From Octopus sinensis (lineage: Eukaryota), in NCBI RefSeq assembly GCF_006345805.1, contig NC_042999.1, positions 32,984,001 through 33,048,000 of the forward strand: DNA of 64,000 nucleotides. The letters run 5' to 3'. Every line of letters begins with the position of its first letter. Position 1 is the first letter of the stretch. The translations under genes were made by a program, and so were the position numbers. Below the pieces are notes generated by a model. It was not told the DNA's origin. It searched no databases and saw only the letters and a program-made list of their open reading frames with translations. Of this stretch, positions 25,883 to 38,930 are shown piece after piece.

Positions 25883-27449
25883 ACACTATCTCATGGCATC
25901 ATACTGCGATGAAGATGCAAATACTCAATATATGGTTAAAAGTCATGTAATTATAAACAAATATGCGTAATGCAAACTTGTATTTAATCATTACTTCGAA
26001 AGATGCAAGATCATCTTAAAAAACTGCGTTAAATACAGTTGAGATATAAAAATGACAACATAAAAACACATTTATTAATTATACTTTGTGCATTTGAGCA
26101 AAGTAAAACTCACCTGCTTTGGATTACAAAGTGTTAAGTCTATTAGTTGCTATTGTAATGTTTGAATTATCAATTGTTACTAAATGCCAGTCGTAAATAT
26201 TTCGGAGTTTAAGTTCATTTCTTTAATTTATTTTCTGATATTATTTTCTTCAAAAGTAATAAACAAAATTTATGCTAACGACGTGCACATAACATATAAC
26301 CATTGTTAAAAAAATATATTTCACTAAATTGTATATCTTTATCTCTGTATAAATGTACACAATCGCGCGGGCACACACACTTACACACACATACACACAC
26401 ATTCACACACATTCACACAGACACCTGCACACAAATTGACATATATATGCTTATGTATGTATCTTATATAATAAAACAGCGTTTGTGTGTGTATGTGTGC
26501 ATATGTGTGCGTATGAGTGTGTGCGTGGGTACGTTTCTTATGGTCTCGAAAACTGAGTGGCCGATTTTGAAGTATGAGTTCGAAAAGATTCAATAGTATT
26601 TCGGCTACCAAACAAAATATGTGTTTAGCGCAACGACACTTTTTTTTTATTATAGAAACAACCTGGGAAACGGGGTCGAGTCACACAATTTTGAGGTCTT
26701 CAATTAAGGGAGGCATCTCTGCCTGAACAATCTTTATGTCTTAGAGCATAATGAAAAAAATGTCTAAAACAAAATGAGTTCTACTATAGAATGAAACTAG
26801 TTATACCGTCAACTCTATTCATATTATTTAGCAGATAAGATGAAATGTTTTTGTCTCTGCTTTTTTTGGCACAGAGATGACTTTGATGCAAAAGACACAT
26901 CGCAGAGATTTTTACGGCTTCAAATAATGTAAACCCGTGTGTTTCTGGTAGCGCAAGTTATCAGATAGACAGCTGTGTGTGTGTGTGTTTATGTGTGTGT
27001 GAATGTGTGCGTGCCCTTTGTCGTGGTGAGAAAATACATTTTCACAGAATATTTTGCACAATAATTTTAAAAGAAATCTGGTCATATTTCTTACTATTAA
27101 TCATTCAGCTTCAAATTACAATATTTAATTGTTGGAAGTCAAGTAGACTGAGATGTACATATAGTGTTATCGTATGGAGTGGAAGTTCAATGCGAAGTTT
27201 TGAACTCATTATCTTGTTGCTAGCAATCCGTTACCTTAAATTTGAACCCATTAAGTCTTTAAATGTGATTTTACTGTATGTATTCTTTCAAACGTTCAAT
27301 TGGTCATATAGACCTGAGTAGGTATTTCAATCTAGCATTTATTTTATACTTATCTGCTTGATGAACTGCAAACTGTGAGACATGGTAGGGACACAATAAT
27401 TTGAAATAAAAATAAACACACAAATATTGCGTGCAAGAATGTGAGTGTG

Positions 27450-27600
27450 TGGTTGTGAATGTGAGGTGTGTGGTTTTGCTTCCCAAAACCATGGTGCCGG
27501 TCCGTCATTCTCTATGGTACCTTGGGCAAGTGTTTTCTACTATAGTGCAACGCTAACCACAGACATGTGACTGGATATGACTGATGGAAACTGCAGCATT
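27450..27600 (+). mobile_element. Decayed copy of the 22845 SINE family
   Basis: ccttgggcaagtgttttctactatag...gatggaaactg shared with 22845-23005. Confidence 0.6.
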
Positions 27601-27774
27601 GTTCATCAGAAAATGACCAAATAACATGTTTGTAAAGAAGGGATGTTTGCTTCATACACCTCATGTGCCGAGAGAACACTAGGGCAGCCTGTGGGTGCAT
27701 AGCTAGTGTATATATTATATGTATATATGTATCTGTATACAAAAATAACAATATATATATATTTATATATATAC

Positions 27775-27909
<135 letters not shown>

Positions 27910-27983
27910 TAGGGATTATAACTCCAAATGTACAGGGAAAAATTCAATTTAGTATTAAATCACATTTCACAATGTAAATATAA

Positions 27984-28045
<62 letters not shown>

Positions 28046-28046
<1 letters not shown>

Positions 28047-28300
28047 AATTAGAGAAAAACTACTATTATGCAATTCAAACAATGATAGACATAATCCATA
28101 TCATAAAGAAAAAATGAAATATATTATTAAACATATAAGTAGATCATAGAAAGTACCAAAAATGGAATAAATAATATATAAGTAAAAAGACTACGTATGT
28201 TTCGTGGTTATAACTTCAATTCGAATTACAATTAAATTTAAATTCAACCGAAAAATAATTGAATTTAAAAGTATAGTCACTCCCCAGGTCAACAATAATC
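28046..28300 (-). mobile_element. Probable Penelope pseudo-LTR remnant with a degenerate hammerhead motif
   Basis: Minus strand 28189-28290: GAC-CUGGGGA-GUG...CAC-GAAAC-AUAC-GUA-GUC, same architecture as 18162-18247; starts directly at (TA)n. Confidence 0.45.
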
Positions 28301-28854
28301 AGAACAGTATTTAATAAATAATGAAATAGAATTAAACAATATTCCTTAAAGAAATAAAAACATGATTCTTCTTATAGAAGAAACTCCGTTAACTAAATTC
28401 AAAAACTTAAAATGTAAGACCAGGTGTATGTAATACATTTATCATATTAAAAACCTAAGGTAAAAAATAGAGTAAATAGATAGAAAAATGTAATTTATCT
28501 GTGAAGATATATTTTAGCTTTGAGAATAATATTAACAAAGTATAGTATATCTTTACTAGAAAGATATGAGTCTAATAAAATAAAGTAAAAATACTTAAAA
28601 TAAATCATATACTTAAATTAAGCTAAATTACTATAATTTAATCTATATCTATTAATTAGATAATTATATATTAATTTATTAATAAAATAAACATCTAATT
28701 TGATCAGAAGCTATGTACTAAACTCTATACGAAACATATATATATATATAGATTTGTAATATATCTTATATCAACAACGTTGCAGCCACAACCTTGCATT
28801 AATGTTTTGTATATATTTCACCAATATCTTCACAAATAATTTAAACTAATTATA

Positions 28855-30210
28855 TAAATGTCCAACCTTATTCCATTTATTTGGTCCTTCTGGCATAGTA
28901 CCGTTCTTCCTTTTGTCATCCAGGCCAGTATTTGGATGCTAGTACTGAGTATTTCGTCCATAATACTCGCAATTCTCCGCAGTAGAACTCTGTACCCCTT
29001 CTGGCTCGGGCGCTTTCCATTTAGGAATTTTCTTGCACTGATCTCTAATCATCTCCCTGGTTATTTTCAATTCCTCCAGCCGATACTATCCACTCTCTTC
29101 TTTGATTGTCTTTAACCACTCTGTTTCAGTTTCGTGTTGTTTCTACTGAGACCATATATTTGATCACAATATTTTGCTTTCTTCCGCATCCCTCAAGGTG
29201 TTATCATCTTTTTTTCTTTCCCAAACAGTTCCTGATCGACTCGTTTCTAATTTTGACCGAAAAGTCGGTTTAATCTGTACTGCTCAATTCTCTTTAGTTT
29301 ATTTCCTTTAGCTTTCAACCTCAGTTTGAATTCCTCAATCATAACTTTCATTCCCTTTCTCTTCACCCTATTATTCATCTTTACTTTAACCTAATTTTCC
29401 GTTCCAGAATATTAATGTTTTCTGGTCTCATTAACTGACTGCGTTATTCTCCTTTTCCACCATGGTTCCTTCAGGTTATGTTGGCATTTACCTTTGGCTT
29501 TCAAACCAAACGTCCGGGCTATAAAGATCGAGATTGAATTTATCAGATTGTTGGTGTCTGTGATGTTGCCAGTCCTGATATCCCCAGTAATATCAGTTAT
29601 CTTCCAGACCCATTCATTGAGTTTCTTTCTGTCTACTTTTTTAAACCCCGTATAAAGTCTCTGTTGACTAAAGGTTCAAATATCAATGATTTCATTTAAA
29701 ATGGAGATCTCTTCCTCGGCTCTTTCATCGCTTTCCTGATCAATAATTTCAGCCTCATGCTCGTTTTCTTCCTTCAAATCTACTGTCATACTTTCACTAT
29801 CTGCATTCTCTTCTTCTTCCTTCCCTTCACCGCTGATATTACTCTTCTTTAAAAATCGTCTGGTAATGCTTTCTAGTTCAACTGGAGATAACCTATCATT
29901 CATTCTGATGTCTCTCGCTTGGTCACACAAATTTTGTTCACTTTATTCAAATAGGCCTCTGTCGCTCCATGCAGTGTGTGTTCTTTTCCTATATCCCCTA
30001 GTAGGTACGTCATTATCATTTCTCGGATTACTCAGGAAGTATCACACCATTACAGCAACATTCTTTTCTTCCGTCCAACTTCTTTTAGCAGTTGCTTGAC
30101 GACGAGTGAGTCGAGGCTGCTCACCCAGGTAGCACCTGTTTGGCCTCCCCGGGGCACCCACCGGGCGAGAGACCTTCACAAGGTATTCCAGCCTCATTGA
30201 TGCCGTTCCC
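28855..30210 (-). mobile_element. Second R4/Dong-like LINE, 5' part, decayed and 3'-truncated
   Basis: RSWTEEKNVAVM..YFLSNP..RGYRKR, LCDQARDIRMNDRLSPVELESI, NITDTNNLI, EPWWKRRI; ends near the NFRPI region at about 28855. Confidence 0.8.
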
Positions 30211-30597
30211 ATTTCTAAGTTTATTTGACATTTCAGCATTCATGATGAGGGTTAGTTAATTTTAGGTTGTACAACCGCCAGTAGATTTTTCTAGTAACAC
30301 CATAACTGACAGGATCTCCACCCTAGTATATGGGATTCCTGTTATCCTGCTTTAGTTTTCGGAGTTTCCGTCTCCTAGAAGGGGTGTTCAAGCGTTATGA
30401 TTACTTCTTAGATATTTGCTATTCTAGTGCACGTTGCCGCGTAAGAATTCGTTACCCTTTATACAAATCTTGTGATCTTGTTCTTCTTCCTGTAGGGTGT
30501 CAAAATAGCATAAATCATACACCTTCCTCACAGAGCAAGCTCTGCGGGTTGCCGGTTTATTCGACATCGTCCCAACCGAAGTGGGGAAAAAAACTAT

Positions 30598-30828
30598 TGG
30601 GAGGCGGGCAGAATAGTGAGCACGCCGAACAAAATCATATGCATGACTTTGACCGACATTACGTTCAATTTTCATATTCCATTAATGTCGAACTTACCTT
30701 TTATCCTTTAGGAGGCGATAAATTAAGTACCAGTTACGCAATGGGGTGGATGTAATCAACTTGATCCCTTTGTCTATTCTTGTTTGTCCCCTCTGTGTTT
30801 AGCCCCATGTGGGCAATAAAGAAATAAG
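30598..30828 (+). mobile_element. tRNA-derived SINE, decayed
   Basis: gcagaatagtgagcacgccg...gataaattaagtaccagttacgca.tggggtggatgtaatc...caataaagaaataag. Confidence 0.65.
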
Positions 30829-30853
30829 AAAGGAGTGTTGTTATTATTATTTT

Positions 30854-30854
<1 letters not shown>

Positions 30855-30901
<47 letters not shown>

Positions 30902-31020
30902 CGGCAGTAGTAATAGTAGTAGTAGTAGTAGTAGTAGTAGCAGCAGCAGCCGCAGTAGTAGTAGCAGCAGCAGCAGTATCAGTAGTAGCAGCAGCAACCT
31001 CAACAACAGCAGCAGCGGGA
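30855..31020 (+). repeat. (TAG)n/(CAG)n microsatellite
   Basis: Direct reading of the sequence. Confidence 0.9.
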
Positions 31021-31562
31021 GGGAAATATAATAATACCTGTCATATCCTGCAAACGACCTAATCGATTCTTCTCCCATTCCTCTAATAATGCGTTTATTA
31101 GGCCTAACTTTCAAACTTATTCCAATGGCATCAATGACGTTGACGCCATCGGGGTTGGCCTGATTATATACCGCATTTTATTCATTCTGTCATACACAGA
31201 GATCAATATTCAACAGTGAGAGGAAACAAATCGTAGTATTCGTTCCAGTGTTATAATCTTGATCGATATCCATTGGCATCAAGCGATGCCAACGGATATC
31301 ATTTCAGAATCTTATTTTAATAACGAATTTATATATATATATAACGGGAAGGTTTACGAAAATAAACAAAAGACGAAGGTAGGTGGAGTACAAACAAACA
31401 AATGTATAAGTATGGCGATCAGGAAACATATCGTAGTATAAAGGCAGAAGCCTTATTCGTTCCAGTGTTATAATCTTGATCGATATCCATTGGCATCAAG
31501 CGATGCCAACGGATATCCTTTCAGAATATTATTTTAATAACGAATTTATATATATATATAAC

Positions 31563-32160
31563 GGGTAGGTTTACGAATATAAACAAAAGACGAAGGTAGG
31601 TGGAGTACAAACAAACAAATGTATTAGTATGGCGCTCAGGAATAGAAATAGAACAAGTCTTTAACGTTTCGAGCCTACGCTCTTCGACAGAAAAATACAC
31701 AGAAAAAAAAAAACAAGGAGAGAAACAAGGAGAGAAAAAAATGCGTGTAGGAGCTAACGATCTAACATGGCGAGGGAGAGTTTACGAAAATAAACAAAAG
31801 ACGAAGACAGGTGGTGTACAAAACAAACAGATGTATTAGTATAACGCTCGGGAATACAAAAAGTATTTTACGTTTCGAGCCTACGCTCTTCTACAGAAAG
31901 GGACACAGAAAAAAACAAGGAGAGAAAACAATGCGTGTAGGAGCTAACGATCTAACATGGTGAGGGAGAGTTTACGAAAATAAACAAAAGACGAAGACAG
32001 GTGGTGTACAAAACAAACAGATGTATTAGTATAACGCTCGGGAATACAAAAAGTATTTTACGTTTCGAGCCTACGCTCTTCTACAGAAAGGGACACAGAA
32101 AAAAGGAGAGAAACAAGGAAAGAAAAAAATGTGTGTAGTGGCTAAACATCTATCATGGCG
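31563..32160 (-). mobile_element. Three head-to-tail ~190-210 bp units, each with a hammerhead-like motif (retrozyme-like array)
   Basis: Units start at 31563, 31774 and 31964; units 2 and 3 are nearly identical with period 190. Each has, on the minus strand, CUG(U)NGA-A-GAGC-GUAG-GCUC-GAAAC-GU(U/A). Confidence 0.8.
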
Positions 32161-32344
32161 ACATATATATCAGTGTTTCTTAATTGTGTTTTCAACACCA
32201 TCTTATGGCATTGTTAAATATCAAACATTAAACGTACTATTACTGAAATATTAATAGGGTTTCAGAAACACTAGTTGGAGGTATTTGATAAAACATAATA
32301 CTATATTCTATGAAGTGATACCATTGTTCTGTGAAAGAAAGATA

Positions 32345-33223
32345 CGAGGTCTGATCAATGAGTATCCCGTCTGATGCCATAGTAACAAAGCTAAAGCAGA
32401 ATGAGATTGCACAGCAGATTGACCGTACACTCTGCTCTGCAAGCTCATTGAGTTTTATCGTTCTAGCTCACTTTCACCGTTTACAGCAGTGCTTGGAAAG
32501 AAGGTGTGTAGCGTTTGATTTTCGCATTGACCATCACAGAGAAATTTGTCATGGCAATACCTGCTCAGGGACTTACCCAAAATTGTAGAAAATTTATGGA
32601 TATGAATGTATAAGCCGAAGACATGTGTACGAGTGGTTCAGAAGTTTCCAAAACAGTCGAAAAATTTCGATAATAACAAACGGTCTGGGAAACAGGCAAC
32701 CAGCAGAACTGAGAAACACATCGCAGATGTACGTGCAGCTGGGAGGGGAAGTCATCCAATCACCATCCGTGAGATATTAGAGGCTGCACAGATTAGTTAG
32801 TGTTTAGTTCAGTCCGTTACCACTGAAGATTTCGGTATGAGACGCGTATCTACCAAGATTGTGCCAATACAGCTTTCAGCTGACCAAAACGACACTCAGG
32901 TTTCTGTCGCATAAGATCTCCTTGATTGTGTCGAGGACGATTACTACTTTTTGGAAATTGGCGTAAGCTTCTAAGACGGTATCGCCAAGCTTTTGGCAAA
33001 CTTTGATGCAGATTCTTTGCTCAACTTTCTCTGTCCTGCGACGATCACGCGCGATACACTTTCCTTCCTATAACTGCTGTGATCAGCGGTATTGAGCTAG
33101 AATATTAAACCTTATTGTGCATGCACAAATTTCTTGAATGTCAAACTGTAACAAGCATCTTTAATCGCCGTGCTTTAGAGTCATTATTACAGCAACAGCC
33201 CGGATACTTATGATCAAACCATG
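32345..33223 (+). mobile_element. Internally deleted mariner element
   Basis: Left TIR (TA)CGAGGTCTGATCAATGAGTATCC with a degenerate right TIR near 33200-33223. HTH remnant ISRRHVYEWF..F..KRSG and MRRVSTKIVP. Confidence 0.8.
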
Positions 33224-34067
33224 AATATTATTTATTGTTATATTTCGGGGTGGTCTTTTTGTTATTGCCCGATATACATTCACTCTCGTTTTACCGTTCT
33301 TATTTTATGTATATTACCTGAAAATCTTTCATCACACACCTGTGAGCTCTTCCGCGACTTTCCATCCCACATGTCTACTCCTGTTCTGGTTAGTCCAATC
33401 TGCTCATTCTGTGTTACTTAGCTCACAAACATTAAAACGGTTTCGAATTTTGGCTATATATTCCAGGCTACCTGAGAAGATTAAAGGCAAAGAAGACTTC
33501 GCAGAATATTTAAACTCAGACCTGAAAAACGGATAAAATGATGCAAGGCATTTCGTCTGGAATGCTAACGATTTTACCGTTTGGGCGCCTTCCTCATAAA
33601 TATATTAACAACGCTTTTCTAAAACCATTTTAAAACATACTGACAAGAAGTAATTTAATTATTTCAGGAAATGGACATGTTACATTAAATGTAAATAAAT
33701 ATTAATAACTTGAGAAGATGGCTGAAATATAGCAGCGAAATGCATATCCGTTAGCTTAAGTTATGTAAACTATTCACTTGCAAGAAAGTTTACTTTAATA
33801 TAAATGATATATTAATAAAATAAAAAAAAACCCAGAGAAATAGACTCATAACTATTATAATTAAGTATTGTGACTAACTCAATGTAATTATTTATTAATG
33901 CAAAATCTGCTATCATGTTATGTAAGTATACATTTGAATACAAGTTAACACTAACAGGAAAATTGTGTTTCCAATAAATCTAACGTAATTGAAAAGAATA
34001 TTATTATTTAGTCTTCATCGAGTTTGCATGTATTATGCGATAATTAATATTTTCTATTTTACTTGTT

Positions 34068-34310
34068 TCAGCCATTAGACTGCGGTCATGGTGGAGCAAC
34101 ACCTTGAAGATCTCTTAGTTTAATGCATCGACCCAAAAACCTTCTCTTTAAAATTCTGGTAAGTATTCTATCGGTTTCTTTTGCCGAATCACTATGTACT
34201 GCCGAACCACTATGCAACACACGATCCAGCACTTGCTGTCGAATGAGGGGGTGGGGAACAAACTCAAATTTAGCGAACACACATACATTCAAACACAAAC
34301 ACACAAACAC
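34068..34310 (+). mobile_element. SINE body, decayed
   Basis: tttcagccattagactgcggtcatg.tggagca...ttctatcggtttcttttgccgaa; the start is shared with 53868. Confidence 0.65.
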
Positions 34311-34354
34311 GCACACAATCACATGTATATATATATATATATATCTATATATAT

Positions 34355-34510
34355 ACATACAGCGGTTTTCTTTCAATTTCCGTCCGCCCAATCCACTCAC
34401 AAGGCCTAGGTCAGCCCGTGGTTATAGTATTAGACACTTGTTCTAGACGCCATGCAGTGGGACTGACTCCAGAACCACATAAGTCATAAACAAGCTTCTT
34501 AGCACACAAA
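34355..34510 (-). mobile_element. SINE of the 22845 family, reverse orientation
   Basis: ttctttcaatttccgtc..aatccactcacaaggc..ggtcagccc...gacacttg...gcagtgggactga. Confidence 0.75.
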
Positions 34511-34619
34511 CATTTTTGCACCTATAGTACCTTTTACTGAGATCCTGGGCAAGACTTAATGTCATCAAATCGCAGATAAATAGAGATGATAGGCTGAACC
34601 GGTGTTTAATACAATTTCT

Positions 34620-34627
34620 AAGGATAT

Positions 34628-34682
<55 letters not shown>

Positions 34683-34785
34683 TATATATATAATATATAT
34701 ATTATATATATATATATATATATAATATATATATATATATATTATATATGTATGTATATATACATATGTATATATATTATATATG

Positions 34786-34842
<57 letters not shown>

Positions 34843-34904
34843 ATATTTGTAAACATATACACATATATATGCATATATATACCTGTAAGCGTATATATAT
34901 ATGT

Positions 34905-34995
<91 letters not shown>

Positions 34996-35008
34996 TAGAT
35001 AGATAGAT

Positions 35009-35051
<43 letters not shown>

Positions 35052-35090
35052 TGCGTAAATATAGCAATACATATACACACACACACATAT

Positions 35091-35126
<36 letters not shown>

Positions 35127-35140
35127 CATGCATACATATA
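34620..35140. repeat. Compound (TA)n/(GATA)n microsatellite
   Basis: Direct reading of the sequence. Confidence 0.95.
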
Positions 35141-36042
35141 GATATCATATACACAACATATAATACGTTATCAAATGTGTTTCCTTACAGCTGTTATAAG
35201 ATGTAGTTTACGCAAAGCTGACCAGTTGTGCCAAATCTTATCGTCTCCTCCGAATGTTGTAAATGAAGTATGGTTATTTACATTACGGATTTAGTTGTAT
35301 CAGCTTTAATGAAGTTAATTATGCAAGTCCTGCTTCCTTGGTATACAGTAATTAATAGTTAATTCATATTTTGCTTTCTACCAGCCTAACGTTCAGTCTA
35401 AAGCATTCGAATCCTGGTTAGTGTTCATCTGTAAGTCATATTTCTACATAATTTTCTTACCCTTAAGTTTTGCTCTTGACACCAAACAACTTCGTTTTAT
35501 TTTTAAAACCACAAACGATTTTTTTAATAACCCAAACTTATGACTCATTTGTAATTCTGGCACTGATATCGGTGTACTTAGCAAAAATAGTCTAGATAAA
35601 CATAATCTTACTTTAGTTAAGAAATAAAAAAAAATTTATTTATGACCTAATTCGTTCTAAGTGATCGACTGGTCTAATTCTATTAATAACAAGATGTGTA
35701 CTAAGTTTACCAGTTTGACATTCCTAGTTACTATTCCTCTATTAACTCAGTTGTACTCAACAAAACACTCTGGTTCGTATATAAGAGAGCCGGTATCGCC
35801 CGAGATGAAATTAATGTGGTGTTAGCTGCTAGAAAATCAATCATTGAATTTTAAAACAGCCTTTGGGTCCGTAAAGGTACGCCCGACAATTTTGATGTCA
35901 AGATGGGAAGTTCTGACTCAGCACAATTGGCTGATTTTGTTGGGATATATGTTAGTTAGTTAGTTAGTTAGTTAGTTAATTTGGCTCAAAAGCAAATAGC
36001 AAGGCCATGTAGGGGGACATGGAGTTAAGTACAGGGTGGTGT

Positions 36043-38929
36043 TCATGTAAAGAGTTCAGGCCACTTGAGGTCCAGGGAGGCTTTGAACAAAGCGGTCGTC
36101 GGCATCTTCACCATCTCGTCTGGCAGCTTGTTCCACGGATCCGCAACCCGGACGGAGAAAGCTCCTCTCCTTCGATTGAGATGAAATCGTCGCAGGTAGA
36201 GCTTTTCGGAATGACCCCGCAGCCGACGCTCCGGAGCAGGAGTGAAGAACAGCTCTTTCGAGAGGTTACACTTCCCGCTTATGATGTGGGCGAGAATGAG
36301 ATCACCACGGCGGCGGCGTTTTTCAAGAGAATAAAGGTCGAGCGTCCTCAGCCTTTCTTCGTAGGACAAATTTTTGAGACCATGAACCAGGCGGGTAGCC
36401 AGCCTCTGGACTCTTTCGAGGTGCTGTATGTCTTTGAGGAGATAAGGAGAAGAGGCTTGAATCCCATACTCCAATATGGGTCTCACCAGCGTGACATAGA
36501 GTGGCAGGAATATGGCTGCTGTGAGCATTCCGAATGACCGTCGAATCAAAAACAGAATTCCGCGCGCTTTGTTGGCATCATGGACGCACTGGGCCGAAGG
36601 CGAAAAGGAGGAATCCACCAAGATACCCAGGTCCTTTACCTGATCGGTCCTCTCCAGCAGCAGACGACCCGGCTCGAAATCAAGTTGAGTTGCAGGAGTA
36701 GAGCCGACAGGTAGATGACAGCACTTTGACACGTTCAGACACAGGTCCCAATCGTTAGACCACTTCCAAATTTGGTGGAGGCATCGACGAAGATCCTCTA
36801 TACTACCGCGAGGAGCGACCAGTTCGATATCGTCGGCAAATAGAAGGGTGTGTTGCGTGAGGTCGTCGGGCAAGTCATTTATGAAGACTAAGAACAACAA
36901 GGGCCCAAGCACTGAACCTTGAGGCACGCCACTGCTCGCACTGGAGACGTCGGACCGCGAACCATTAACTTGAACTTGGAAGGAGCGATCTGAGAGGAAG
37001 GCACCAACCCATCGTACAATATCCGGATGGAAACTATATGCTTGAAGCTTGACAAGTAGTAGGCGGTGGTTTACCGAGTCAAAAGCTTTGGCAAAGTCCA
37101 ATAAAACGATGTCAACAGCATCACTATCATCGAGGATGCGCGTCACCAATTCTTCCATTACTAGTAAGTTGGTCAAGCATGATCTCTTCGGCACGAAGCC
37201 GTGTTGGGAATCAGTGATCGAGGCTGTGCTTAGGAGGTGGAGCATCATACTTTTTCTTAAGGATGGTTTCGAACATCTTGCTGATTATTGATGTAAGGGA
37301 AACCGGTCGGTAGTTAAGCGGGTCTTCGCGGCTCCCTTTCTTGAAAATTGGACAGATTATCGCTGTTCTCCAGTCTGCAGGTATAACACCCGTCGCCAAT
37401 GACATATTGAATAGTCGTGTTAAGGGCTCGCAGATGACCGGAGCCAACGCTTTGATAACCCGTGGGTGTATGCCGTCAGGGCCGTGACCCTTGTTGACAT
37501 CGAGGCCTTGAATAACACGTTTGACTTCGTCCCGCGTGATGATCAATCGAAGCATTGGAGGTACCGATCTATCAAATGGAGGGGGTTCACGACCATCATC
37601 TTGTTTGAAAATAGTTGAAAAAGCCTCGGCAAATAATTGACTCTGTTGATAAGGGTCCTCAATCGATACGCCTGTTGAGTCTACCAACGTTGCAATCTGG
37701 TTGTTCAAGCGGGAATTCCGCTGGACATGGGCAAAGAAGGTTTTTGGATTGCTACTGGCATTTGCCGCGATTTTGTATTCATAACTGAAGCGTTCTTTCT
37801 TTTCAATTTTCACGGCTCGGTCTCGTTGAGTTTTATACACCTCAAAAGCTGTAGTCGAATCCAGATTTTTGAATTCAGCCCAAGCAATATCTCTGAGTCG
37901 ACGTTCTCGTTTAACCTTCTTCGTCACCCAGGGCTTGTGTTTCTTCCTCTTGGGAAGTCCAACGGGAACTGCCTGGTCAGTCAAACAGATTACATATGCT
38001 TTGAGGGATGACCATAGTTCGTCAACTGAGGACAACGTCATCAGGGAACGCCAGTCCAGAAGCGCGGAAGCCTCGGTTAGAATTTCAAGAGTAATTGCAG
38101 AGAAGACTCTACGTGGCAGCGAAGTAATCGTGGGCGTGGAAAAAGTTGTGTGCATGACGAACTTCAGGACCGCATGATCACTCTTGGCAAGAGGGGCGCA
38201 CACAGATACGTCTGACACTGATCTTGGATAGCGGGAGAATACCAGATCTAGCATAGATGGCTGCTGCCCAGACCGATGCCTTGTCGGATATTCAACATGT
38301 TGCGATAGAAAACAATCTTCAGCCACGTCAAGAAGGGCCTGGTCGAACCGGGAAGATGTTGTACAAATTGATGCGGGCCAATCGATCGTGGGAGCGTTGA
38401 AGTCGCCTAGTACCAAGCAGTCATGCGAAGCTGAAACGAATCTTATCGCCTCGAGTAGATGAGCATCGTCCTGGGGGTCGGCTAGAGGCGGCCTGTAGAC
38501 AGCCAACACGGGCAGGCAAAACTCAGATAGGCTCAGCTTGCAATAGACGGCATCGAATTTGGTTGTAGGTTGAGCATTTGTGGGTAGAATACCGCAGTAC
38601 GGTTTGTGCTCAGACTTAACATACACAGCAACACCTCCACCTCGCCTTTTTTCTCTGTCACATCTGAAAAGGACGTAGCCCTGCAGGTGGATCTCTGAGT
38701 CCTTTACTGCTGGAGTCAGCCAAGTCTCGGTGATAGCTATCACATCAGGAGAGTCGCGTAGGGCCAGTGTAAATAGTTCACTGAACTTTGGGAATAAGGA
38801 GCACGAGTTGGTGTAGACGATGCTGAGCTGTGAAGTCTGAGGGGCGGGAGTTGGGGAACAAGCAGAATAAAGGGCATCAGAGATAGCATCGTTGACGGGG
38901 GTATCAACTTCACTTCGATTTGCCCTCAC
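36043..38929 (-). pseudogene. LINE ORF2 (APE endonuclease and reverse transcriptase) with one frameshift near 37250
   Basis: DVIAITETWL, LVLGDFNAP, SDH (APE); GPDGIHP, NYRPVSLTS, QHGF, DFAKAFDSV, GVPQGSVLGPLLF, LFADD (RT). The frame changes in an A5 run (ILKK/SMMLHLL). Confidence 0.93.
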
Positions 38930-38930
38930 A

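Noticed and set aside
34443-35154. Poly-IY/YLSI ORFs here and at 8.4, 14.1, 19.7 and 60 kb
   Set aside because: They are artefacts of (TA)n and (GATA)n tracts that lack stops.
36019-36537. Plus-strand 172 aa ORF, and its partial twin at 7797-7988
   Set aside because: Antisense to the LINE RT; the apparent conservation only reflects two copies of the same element.
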